In this document: in pieces, positions 10,647 to 19,056 of the stretch
How positions within the stretch are numbered: position 1 is the stretch's first letter
How the letters are laid out: every line of letters starts with the position of its first letter
NCBI GenBank assembly: GCA_963812015.1
Contig: CAWETI010000002.1
Span: forward strand, 1,280,001 to 1,344,000
From: an uncultured delta proteobacterium
GTDB lineage: Bacteria > Desulfobacterota > Desulfobaccia > Desulfobaccales > 0-14-0-80-60-11
Direction: 5' to 3'
DNA length: 64,000 bases
The notes under the pieces: model-generated
The model's database searches: none
The model's input: only the letters and a program-made list of their open reading frames with translations
What the model was told of the DNA's origin: nothing
Translations under genes and position numbers: made by a program

Positions 10647-10687
10647 TAAGATATAGTATAAATATTATCACGAACCAGGGAGGCCCT

Positions 10688-10834
10688 ATGCCAAGGAAAC
10701 CCATTGAGATCCTGCATGAGTTAATGACGAGCCAGGTCTTCATTCTTGCCGTGGCCATCATGTTATTCTTGCTGATGATCACCCTGGCGGATCCAGGCCA
10801 GAGCCAGGCAACGGTTGGTCGGCTCTGGGCTTAG
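10688..10834 (+). CDS. 48-aa single-TM small protein
   Basis: GGGAGG RBS 5 nt upstream of the ATG; hydrophobic core VFILAVAIMLFLLMITLA. Confidence 0.55.
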   Translation: MPRKPIEILHELMTSQVFILAVAIMLFLLMITLADPGQSQATVGRLWA

Positions 10835-11150
10835 CTCATCCCGGCTATTTCCCGGGCACTGCCAAGCACCGCCAGTACTGAAGACCTGCCCGGATTTCGC
10901 CTGCCGGGGGGCGCCTGCCTCCGTCCCGAATTCCGGGGCAACTGATCCCGCGGCCCGCCACACGCGGGAATAATATCCTTTCTGGCCGCCGGCCACCACT
11001 TTCCGTCCAGTTGGAACCTTCATATCTCGCCTTCTTGCTCCCGTTCTGTCAAACCCCTGTTTAAGATTTTCTTAATGGCATGACCTTAGGGTTTTTCACC
11101 CGGGGTTATCCTTAAAACCCAAGCTTTGGGGGGGGGATTTTATTGAAGTA

Positions 11151-11164
11151 TTGACTTAGGTCAT
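11151..11164 (+). promoter_or_regulatory. Crp/Fnr-family (HcpR-like) operator
   Basis: TTGAC-TTAG-GTCAT near-palindrome upstream of the ferredoxin gene. Confidence 0.5.
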
Positions 11165-11275
11165 AGTGCTGACAATCTTAAGCGTTAAAATAGCATAAAG
11201 AGAATGGTGCAAGGGTCGTTCGCCCGCCCCATTCCGGTTACTTCCGATATCAAAGGGAACCAAGGAAGCTGGCGC

Positions 11276-12001
11276 ATGGGAAAGAGACAAATCATTCGGA
11301 TAGACCAGGACAAATGTGACGGCTGTGGCATGTGCGTGCCGTCGTGCGCCGAAGGGGCCATTCAGATCGTCGACGGCAAGGCGCAGTTGCTGGCGGACCG
11401 TTTTTGTGACGGCCTGGGGGCCTGCCTGGGGGAGTGTCCCCAGGGAGCCCTGACCATTGAAGCCCGGGAGGCGGATGAGTTTGTGGGTCCGGCCCCTGGG
11501 ACGCCGCATCCGGAGGCGCCGGCCTCGACCCCGGCACCACCGGAAGGAGGGTTCGTATGCCCCGGGAGTCGCATGCAACAATTCCCCCGGGCCGCCGCCC
11601 CCGCCCCGGGAGCCTCGGCGTTGGGGCACTGGCCCGTCAAGCTGCGCCTGGTGACGCCCAAAGCTCCCTTTCTCAAAGGGGCCAGCCTCCTGGTGGCGGC
11701 CGACTGCGCCCCCTTTGCCGCCGGGGACTTTCATTCCCGCTATCTGGAAGGGAAGGCGGTGGTGTGCGGTTGCCCAAAATTCGACGATGTCCCGGAGCAC
11801 GTGGCCAAACTTACCGCCATTTTGAAGGAAAATGACCTCCGGGAAATTACCATCGTCAATATGGAAGTGCCGTGCTGCTTCGGGCTGGTGCAGATCGTGC
11901 GCCAGGCCCTGGAGGCCTCAGGCAAGAGCCTGCCGGTGACCATCTGTACCCTGGGGAGCACCGGACAGGTCATCCAGCAGCAAAAAATCAAGGGGAGATA
12001 A
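11276..12001 (+). CDS. 4Fe-4S dicluster ferredoxin-domain protein
   Basis: CDGCGMCVPSC, CDGLGACLGECP, WPVKL, CPKFD, MEVPCC. Confidence 0.88.
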   Translation: MGKRQIIRIDQDKCDGCGMCVPSCAEGAIQIVDGKAQLLADRFCDGLGACLGECPQGALTIEAREADEFVGPAPGTPHPEAPASTPAPPEGGFVCPGSRMQQFPRAAAPAPGASALGHWPVKLRLVTPKAPFLKGASLLVAADCAPFAAGDFHSRYLEGKAVVCGCPKFDDVPEHVAKLTAILKENDLREITIVNMEVPCCFGLVQIVRQALEASGKSLPVTICTLGSTGQVIQQQKIKGR

Positions 12002-12008
12002 GGTTGCC

Positions 12009-12632
12009 ATGGAACAGATGAAATGCCCCGGCCAGGATACCCGTTATTGGAAGCCCTATGATATCTTTGTGGCGGAATGCCCCAAATGCGGGGCGGAAAT
12101 CGAGTTTTTCAAGGACGATGCCCGGCGCCGGTGCGCCTGGTGCGGGCATATGTTCTACAACCCCAAGATCGAGCTGGGTTGCGCCGAATGGTGCCAGTAC
12201 GCCGAAAAGTGCGTGCCGGACCTGGTGAGGGCCAAGAAGGCGGCCCAGACCTTTAAAGAGCTTTTGGCAGAAATGGTCCAGACCCATCTAGCAGGGGACT
12301 CGGCGGCCTGGGAGCGGACGGCCAAAGGGGTGCAGTACGCCCAGGACCTGCTTAAGTCCGAAGGGGGGGACCCCAAGGTGGTCATGGCCGCGGTGCTTCT
12401 CCACCGGGTGGAGCCGGCCAGAGCCCGAGATTTTTTGGCGGAACTGGAAACGGAGCCGGAGATCGTTGAGGCCGTGCTGGAATTGCTGACCGACCGGGGA
12501 GCGGCGCGAGATCTGAATCGCCAGCTCTTTCAGGATGTCTTGGCCCTGCTGGAGGAGAAGGCCGAGGCCCCCCGGCATTTCGCCACCCGCACGGCCCAGC
12601 GCCTATCCGAGGCGGGCGAAAGGGGGAAATGA
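12009..12632 (+). CDS. Zn-ribbon/Cys-rich protein with degenerate HD-like domain
   Basis: CPGQD, CPKCG..EFFKDD..RRC..CG, GCAEWCQYAEKC; the HD position reads HR. Confidence 0.7.
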   Translation: MEQMKCPGQDTRYWKPYDIFVAECPKCGAEIEFFKDDARRRCAWCGHMFYNPKIELGCAEWCQYAEKCVPDLVRAKKAAQTFKELLAEMVQTHLAGDSAAWERTAKGVQYAQDLLKSEGGDPKVVMAAVLLHRVEPARARDFLAELETEPEIVEAVLELLTDRGAARDLNRQLFQDVLALLEEKAEAPRHFATRTAQRLSEAGERGK

Positions 12633-12638
12633 GACCAT

Positions 12639-12812
12639 GGGGGGAGGGCCAGGGACGGCCAATCCCCGCCCTCCCCCCACTCCCCCCTCCCAACCCTTTA
12701 CGGGGAATCGGGCTACAGGCCCGATTCACCGGCCAAATATTTGCCTTAAGGGGTTGGGGGAGGGAGTTTGAGGGAGGGGGCAGGGGCTTTTGCCCCTGGC
12801 TCCCGCCCTCAA
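12639..12812. repeat. C-rich/G-rich palindromic intergenic repeat (family also at 38028-38128 and 40533-40587)
   Basis: Shared CCCCCTCCC(C)AA.CC..TAC and GGAGTTTGAGGG...CCCTCAA segments. Confidence 0.65.
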
Positions 12813-12834
12813 GTTTTTTGCTATACTATGCTCC

Positions 12835-13872
12835 ATGTCTCCAATTATCTTGCCGCCGGCGGCGGCGGTGGAGCGCCTGCTCGTCTGGCATCAGGGGGCC
12901 CTGGGGGACCTGCTCCTGGCAGGTCCGGCCCTGGCGGTCCTCAGCCGACACTATGGCCGGGCCCGGATCACCGCCCTGGGACATCCGGAGCGTTGGGGCC
13001 TGTTGTCCCTTAGCCTGCCCTTGGACGAAGTGTGGGACAGCGGCGAGATTCGTTGGGCCCCCCTGTTCAGTGACGGGGATATGCCCCCCCAGATTCGGGC
13101 GCGCCTGGCCCGGTTCCAACTGGCCCTGGTCTTCAGCCCCCACCCTCAAACCATCCTGCTGGAGCGGTTGCGCCAAGCTGGCATCCCTGCGGTTCATTGG
13201 CTCCCGTCCTTTGGGGAGACGGGCGTGGAGCCGGTGGCTGCCCTCCAGGCCCGGCATCTCGCCACCCTGGGGTTGCACGAAGTCCCCGCCCCATTCAAAC
13301 TGGAGGTGGGACTGCCGCCGGAAGAGGAGCTGCCGGAGCTTCCCGGTCCCGGTCCCTGGCTGGCGATGGCTCCGGGGAGCGGCCAGGTTCGCAAGAACTG
13401 GCCCCTGGCCCACTATTATGAAGTCAGCCGGGCCCTGGGCTGGGAGTATGGACTGCGCGTGGTGTGGCTGGCCGGCCCCGCCGAAGGGGCCATGGTTCCG
13501 TACCTGGAGGCGCTGGCCAGGGCCCAGGGCCAGGTGCTTTTGGCGAACCGCCCTCTGGCCCGGGTGGCTCGGGTATTATCCCGTTGCCGGTTGTATCTGG
13601 GCAACGACAGCGGCCTGACCCATCTGGCCGCGGCGGTGGATGAGCCTGAGGTGCTGGCCCTGTTCGGCCCCACCGACCCCCGGGTGTGGGCCCCCCTGGG
13701 ACGGCGGGTGCGGACCCTGGCCGCACCTTGTTCCCAGGCGCCGTGCGCCACCGGCCGCACTATTACCTGTCCGGAGGCCCACTGTCTGAGCGCGCTCTCC
13801 CCTGAGACGGTCCTGGCCGCTGCCGCACAGTTGCTCTCGGCTCCAGGCAAAAATGGGGGTGAGGGGGCTTAG
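12835..13872 (+). CDS. Glycosyltransferase family 9 (heptosyltransferase-like)
   Basis: GALGD, PGSG...KNWP, GNDSGLTHLAAA, LFGPTDP. Confidence 0.9.
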   Translation: MSPIILPPAAAVERLLVWHQGALGDLLLAGPALAVLSRHYGRARITALGHPERWGLLSLSLPLDEVWDSGEIRWAPLFSDGDMPPQIRARLARFQLALVFSPHPQTILLERLRQAGIPAVHWLPSFGETGVEPVAALQARHLATLGLHEVPAPFKLEVGLPPEEELPELPGPGPWLAMAPGSGQVRKNWPLAHYYEVSRALGWEYGLRVVWLAGPAEGAMVPYLEALARAQGQVLLANRPLARVARVLSRCRLYLGNDSGLTHLAAAVDEPEVLALFGPTDPRVWAPLGRRVRTLAAPCSQAPCATGRTITCPEAHCLSALSPETVLAAAAQLLSAPGKNGGEGA

Positions 13873-14098
13873 GATTTTTATCCGCCGCGTGGTTGGTTTT
13901 ATTTCGCCCCCGGCCGGTTAAAATTTTTGGCCGGGCAGGTTTAGCAAGCCAGGGCGGGGTTTTGCCTCCGGGGCGCGAGAGGGTATCCGGGCTGGAGTGG
14001 CTGGATGCGTACAATAATTTAAACTGGAATCATTGCCGCCGTCTCCCCCGATTGCCGCAACGTCTTGCTATTATTGAGGTTTGGAAGCTTGAGGGTAA

Positions 14099-14115
14099 TT
14101 GGCATCATTAATGCA
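14099..14115 (+). promoter_or_regulatory. Sigma54 -24/-12 promoter
   Basis: TTGGCATCATTAATGCA, GG(14101)-N10-GC(14113). Confidence 0.65.
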
Positions 14116-14125
14116 TATACTTAAA

Positions 14126-14207
14126 GGCAGGTTACCCCCTAAAACCCTAAACCAATTTCTCCTTTCTCCAGATGGCCGGGCTCCCCCTCCCGGCCATCAT
14201 ATTTTTT
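14126..14207 (+). ncRNA. Candidate sigma54-dependent small RNA
   Basis: Lies between the sigma54 promoter and an intrinsic terminator; no ORF; CU-rich (UUCUCCUUUCUCC). Confidence 0.5.
14171..14207 (+). terminator. Intrinsic terminator
   Basis: GATGGCCGGG-loop-CCCGGCCATC followed by ATATTTTTT. Confidence 0.75.
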
Positions 14208-14305
14208 AGCGGTTTGCCAGATCGGACTGATCCGCCGTTCGGGTTCCAAAAAAATCGGGCCATTCCTCTCCCTGCCTCCGTTTCCCGGCACCTATCTCTT
14301 GGAAG

Positions 14306-14428
14306 CTATTTCCAAACCGCTTTATGGTGTCAACCTGAGCGCCTGTGAAGGGTCTAGGTTATGGGCAGGAATAGATTCTTCGCTTCGCTCAGAATGACAA
14401 ACTGGCGCAAAAAGAGGGTTTGGAATAG
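14306..14428. repeat. REP-like GTCA..CTGAGC/GCTCAGAATGAC hairpin enclosed by CTATT(T)CCAAACC/GGTTTGGAATAG inverted ends
   Basis: Inverted arms read directly from the sequence. Confidence 0.65.
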
Positions 14429-14454
14429 ATTATAAAATTTTCCGTCTGGGGCAC

Positions 14455-15507
14455 TTAAGGTTCCCGCCGGTGGGCAAAATACTCCTGCACCGCCTTTAAC
14501 CCGGGACTCTGGGATGGCAAGGCCTTCCGGAGGGAAGCCAGGCGGGCTGCCGACTCCCGGCCCCGGCGGGCCAGGGACGCGTCCCCGGCCAGGAGACGGG
14601 CGGTTTCCCAGGCGGCCTGCCAGTTTTTGCAGATGAGGAGCAGGTCGGCCCCCGCGGTCAGGGCTTCCCGGGCTCCCTGGGGCGCCGGCAACTTGGTGGC
14701 GATGGCCCCCATCTCCAGGTCATCGGTGATGATCACCCCTTTAAACCCCAGACGGCGGCGCAGCCATTCCTGTAAAGCCACCGGGGACAGGGTGGCCGGG
14801 CGCGCCTCCCACTGCGGCACCGATAGGTGGGCGGTCATGATCATGGGCACCCCGGCGGCCACCGCCTGTCGGAAGGGCAGCAGGTCAACCTCCCGGTGGG
14901 CATCGCCGGATTGGGCCAGGGGCAGGACCTCGTGGGAGTCCACCAAGGTGTCCCCCAGACCCGGAAAATGTTTGGCCACCGGGATGATCCCGCCGGACCT
15001 GTAGCCCCTGATGGCGGCCACGGCATAACGGGCCGCGGTCTCCGGGTCCGAGCCGTAAGAGCGGTCCCACTGGGGGCACGCCGGCGTGCGCGCCACATCC
15101 AGGACCGGGGCCAGATTGACGTTTAGGCCCACCAGGGCCAGTTCCCGGGCCACCTGCCGGGCCAGACTTTCAACCTGATCCGGGGTGCTGGTGTCGCCCA
15201 GGTCCCGGGCCGGAGGGATGATGGTGAAGGGGGTTTTCAAGCGCTGGACCCGGCCCCCCTCCTGATCCACCGCCAGGAGCAGGGGCCGCCCGTTGGCCGC
15301 CAGGGCCTCCTGCTGCAGGTCTCGGGTCAGCTCCCAGACCTGCTCGGGGCTTTCGATATTGCGGGCAAAGAGGATGACGCCCCCCACCTTCAGGTCCCGC
15401 ACCAACTCCCGGGCCACTTGATCCATGCGAGGGCCGGGAATCCCCACCATGAGGAGTTGACCCCAATAGGAAGGGTGATCAATCCTCGCCTGATTATTCG
15501 TGGACAA
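14455..15507 (-). CDS. nagZ: Beta-N-acetylhexosaminidase (GH3)
   Basis: GGVILFARN, DQEGGRVQR, KHFPGLG..DSH, TDDLEM. Confidence 0.9.
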   Translation of the reverse strand: MSTNNQARIDHPSYWGQLLMVGIPGPRMDQVARELVRDLKVGGVILFARNIESPEQVWELTRDLQQEALAANGRPLLLAVDQEGGRVQRLKTPFTIIPPARDLGDTSTPDQVESLARQVARELALVGLNVNLAPVLDVARTPACPQWDRSYGSDPETAARYAVAAIRGYRSGGIIPVAKHFPGLGDTLVDSHEVLPLAQSGDAHREVDLLPFRQAVAAGVPMIMTAHLSVPQWEARPATLSPVALQEWLRRRLGFKGVIITDDLEMGAIATKLPAPQGAREALTAGADLLLICKNWQAAWETARLLAGDASLARRGRESAARLASLRKALPSQSPGLKAVQEYFAHRREP

Positions 15508-15580
15508 TGTTAACCTCCGGTGGCTCGTCTCAATGAAATGTGGGGCGCATTCCGCCTGCCTGGTCCGGTCTGGGGGCTGC

Positions 15581-16294
15581 TTATCCGGTCATGGCCAGGA
15601 TCTCCGCCAGGTGAAAAAACTTCAAATCCCGGGCCAGGGGGACGCCGAGCCCCCGCAGATGGAGCAGGCAGCTGTAATCCAGGGACACCAACCCCCCAGC
15701 GCCGGCGGCCCTTACCGCGGCCAGGTAGGCCTCGCCGATATCCCGGGAGAGGTCGGGATGCTGGAAACTAAAGGTCCCCCCAAAGCCGCAGCAGGTATAA
15801 TAGGGCGATATCGTGAGCAACTCCAGGCCCTCCACCCGGGACAAGACTTCCCGGGCCTGGGGCAATACCCCCAGTTGCCTGGCCTTGCACGACTGGTGCA
15901 GGACCAGGGAACCCTTATATCTGGGAGTCCAGGGGAGCGGCCCCAAGCCGTTCAGCCACTCGCCCAACTCCAGGACCCGGGCGGCGAGGGCCTCTACGGC
16001 GCGCCGTTCCCGGGGGTCTTCGGCCAGTTGGGGGTAGCAATGCCGCACCAGGTAAGCGCAGGAGGCGCTGGGGCACAGGATGGTCTCGGCTCCGACAAAG
16101 ACCCGGAGAAAGTGGCGCATGAGGCGCCGGGCCGTGGCCACATCCCCTGCCGTCCAGGCGAACTGGCCGCAGCAGGTCTGGTCCTGAGGGTATTCCCAGG
16201 CAATTCCCAGGCGGGTCAGGAGCCCGGCCACGGCACTGGCGACGTTAGGGGCGCACTGGTCCAGGAAACAGGGAATAAAAAGCTTGAGGCCCAC
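15581..16294 (-). CDS. CCG-domain Fe-S protein (LutA/LldE/YkgE family)
   Basis: QTCCGQ, SASC, CCGFGGTFS. Confidence 0.88.
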   Translation of the reverse strand: MGLKLFIPCFLDQCAPNVASAVAGLLTRLGIAWEYPQDQTCCGQFAWTAGDVATARRLMRHFLRVFVGAETILCPSASCAYLVRHCYPQLAEDPRERRAVEALAARVLELGEWLNGLGPLPWTPRYKGSLVLHQSCKARQLGVLPQAREVLSRVEGLELLTISPYYTCCGFGGTFSFQHPDLSRDIGEAYLAAVRAAGAGGLVSLDYSCLLHLRGLGVPLARDLKFFHLAEILAMTG

Positions 16295-16550
16295 ACCATC
16301 TCCTTCTGCCGCCTTTTTATCACAAATAGCGCGGCTGGGGGAAGGGGCCGGCCATAAACCCCATCGCCGGGGATTGACGGAGGGATGAGGCTCCCGAAAG
16401 CAGGAATTGTTTTGGGGAATTATCTTGCCGATGATCCCGGCCTCCGGGTCGTCATCGTTTCCCTTGACAGGCCTCGGGTGGTTTTATAGTATAAAATCAA
16501 AAATTTACGAAATAATAACTAGTTGACTCGTGAAAGGAAATTGTCTCCCC

Positions 16551-17900
16551 ATGACAGAAGCCCCGGCGCACATTCTGGTGATCGACGATGACAAAGCCAT
16601 GCGGGACGCCTGTTTCCAAATCCTCTCCCGGCAGGGGTTCCGGGTGGCGTTGGCCGCCAGCGCCCGCCAGGGCCTTTCCCTGCTGGAGCGCATGTCCTTC
16701 GATGCCATTCTCCTGGACCTGGTCATGCCCGACATGGACGGTCTGGAAGCCCTGAAGAAAATCAAGGCGTTGGACCCTGATATCGAAGTCATTATCATTA
16801 CCGGCTATGGCACCATCCAGTCCGCGGTGGAATCCATCAAGGCCGGGGCCTTCCATTTCCTCTCCAAGCCTTTCGTCCCGGATGACCTGAGAAACCTGGT
16901 GGGCCGGGCCCTGGAAAAGCGGCGGATGGACCTGGAGAACCTTTACCTGCGCCAGGAACTGAAGACCAAAGATGAGCGCAATGTTCTGGTCTATGAGAGC
17001 GAACCCATGGTCCGGATCATGGACATGATTGCCCGGGTGGCCCCCACGGACAGCACCGTGCTCATCACCGGCGAATCCGGCACCGGCAAGGGATTGGTGG
17101 CCAGCAAGATTCATCAGTTGAGTCAGCGGTCCCGGCGACCCTTCATCACCGTCGATTGCGGCACCCTGGTGGAGACCCTGTTCGAGAGCGAACTTTTTGG
17201 GCACGTGAAGGGATCGTTCACCGGCGCCGACGCCAACAAGATCGGCAAATTCGAACTGGCCCAGAACGGCACCCTGTTCTTTGACGAAATCAGCAACATC
17301 GGCCTTGAGGTCCAGGCCAAGTTGCTCCGGGCGGTGGAAGAGCGCAAGATCTCCAAGGTGGGCAGCCACCGGGTGATCACCGTGGATGTGCGCATCATCG
17401 CCGCCACCAATAAAGATCTCACCAAGGCCATCAAGGACGGCACGTTCCGGGAAGATTTGTTTTACCGCCTCAATGTCGTCCTGATCCGCATGCCGACGTT
17501 AAGGGAACGGAAAAGCGATATTCCCTTGCTGGTCCACCACTTTTTAGAAAAGTACAATACCCGCCTGCGGAAAGACATCCGGGGCATCTCCCCGGATGCC
17601 CTGGACCTTATGATTAGCCATGACTGGCCCGGCAATGTGCGGGAGTTGGAGAATACCATGGAGCGCCTGGTGGTCTTGAGCTCGGGCTCGTATCTGGAGC
17701 CCGCCGACCTGGTCTTTGCCGGCACCATCCTGACCCCCGCCGCCGAATCCTCCGAAGGCGGCTCCCTCAAGGACCTGGAACGGGACCACATCATCCAAAC
17801 CCTCCAGCGCTACGACGGCCACAAGAGCGAAACCGCCCGGGCCCTGGGCATCGACCGAAAGACCCTCCGGGAGAAGTTGAAGCGGTATAATATTGAATGA
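16551..17900 (+). CDS. Sigma54-dependent response regulator (NtrC/AtoC family)
   Basis: Receiver domain, GESGTGK, ESELFGH..GSFTGA, WPGNVREL, Fis-type HTH. Confidence 0.95.
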   Translation: MTEAPAHILVIDDDKAMRDACFQILSRQGFRVALAASARQGLSLLERMSFDAILLDLVMPDMDGLEALKKIKALDPDIEVIIITGYGTIQSAVESIKAGAFHFLSKPFVPDDLRNLVGRALEKRRMDLENLYLRQELKTKDERNVLVYESEPMVRIMDMIARVAPTDSTVLITGESGTGKGLVASKIHQLSQRSRRPFITVDCGTLVETLFESELFGHVKGSFTGADANKIGKFELAQNGTLFFDEISNIGLEVQAKLLRAVEERKISKVGSHRVITVDVRIIAATNKDLTKAIKDGTFREDLFYRLNVVLIRMPTLRERKSDIPLLVHHFLEKYNTRLRKDIRGISPDALDLMISHDWPGNVRELENTMERLVVLSSGSYLEPADLVFAGTILTPAAESSEGGSLKDLERDHIIQTLQRYDGHKSETARALGIDRKTLREKLKRYNIE

Positions 17901-18071
17901 GGTTGGGGTATCGAGAACAGCAACATGACGATAGATACTCAGGAAACAAAAGCTAACTTACCCAGAAATAATTAAGATCGAGACTCAAATCTCGAATTTC
18001 GTTACAATCTTCTTAGAAATTGCGTCTAATCGCGCTTACCAGACCGGGGGCCGAGGTTCGAAAGGAATGCT

Positions 18072-18893
18072 ATGTCGCCACTGCATGAACGAGGTTATTT
18101 AAGCACGGATATCGTGAGTTGGATTGAAAAACATCGGGCCGAGAACCAGGAATGGTTTGATCTCGCCGAAGATGTCAACCTTTTTGCACATAAAACTATG
18201 TATGACTTTTCAATACCTAAAAGCTCAGCTAAGCATCTACTCGTTTCGACTGCATATATCCGGTGCCTTAGTCAATATCAGGGCGCAATTTTGCTCGTTG
18301 AACGCGGCATGATTTATGAGGCGGCGACCTTAACAAGGGGACTCATGGAAACTCTATTTGTGCTTTGCGCCGCCGCTAAAAATTCAGAATTCGCGTTGCA
18401 GTATATAGACTCTAACGAACTGAAAAAACTTGACCTTGTAAGCAAGATGCTGCTTGCAAGCGAGTCTATCAGGGAGATTATCGAGGGAACGATTACCGAA
18501 GATGAAATTAAGAAGAAGCGTCAAGAGCTCAAGGCAAAAGGCATTCGAGATTTTACGATTGCAGAAGTAGCTGAAAAGGCAGATTTGATTGACTATCACA
18601 GAACCAACTATTCGTTCTTTAGTCTCATAGCAGCTCATCCTACCCCTAATAGTTTGGATAAGTATTTTGAGGCTGGTCCTAACGGAGAAGCTCTGAGTCT
18701 GTTGTGGGGTCCTGACGTTGAGGGCGTCAGCAGGATTCTATCAGTAGCGATTGAGAGCTCTATTATTGCCATAGAACGAGTAGGCGAAATCTTTGAGCAG
18801 CCGTGGCAGCAGCAGATTGAAGCATTCAAAAACAAATTCCGCAATCTTGGCGAGCAGATATCAGATTTCTCCATAGGCCACAAACACACCTAA
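18072..18893 (+). CDS. Hypothetical protein, DUF5677/HEPN-like; AT-rich insertion
   Basis: 273-aa ORF with much lower GC than flanks; A..L.R.L.E and Y...S...H patterns. Confidence 0.6.
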   Translation: MSPLHERGYLSTDIVSWIEKHRAENQEWFDLAEDVNLFAHKTMYDFSIPKSSAKHLLVSTAYIRCLSQYQGAILLVERGMIYEAATLTRGLMETLFVLCAAAKNSEFALQYIDSNELKKLDLVSKMLLASESIREIIEGTITEDEIKKKRQELKAKGIRDFTIAEVAEKADLIDYHRTNYSFFSLIAAHPTPNSLDKYFEAGPNGEALSLLWGPDVEGVSRILSVAIESSIIAIERVGEIFEQPWQQQIEAFKNKFRNLGEQISDFSIGHKHT

Positions 18894-19056
18894 CAACAGG
18901 GCTAACATTTTTCTAAAAATTACTCTGGTTGTCATAGATCCTATAGAGGAAGGTCCATTACTTATAACAGACTCTCTGCTTACAAAGATAACTAAACGCA
19001 ATTTCTTTAGACTTCCGTGGCTCCAAGGCCTCGTCCTGATCTATGGGGCCGGGGTC

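Noticed and set aside
18885..18910. Integron attC site after the AT-rich gene (CCTAACAA)
   Set aside because: No matching GTTRRRY core or attC palindrome follows, and no intI is present
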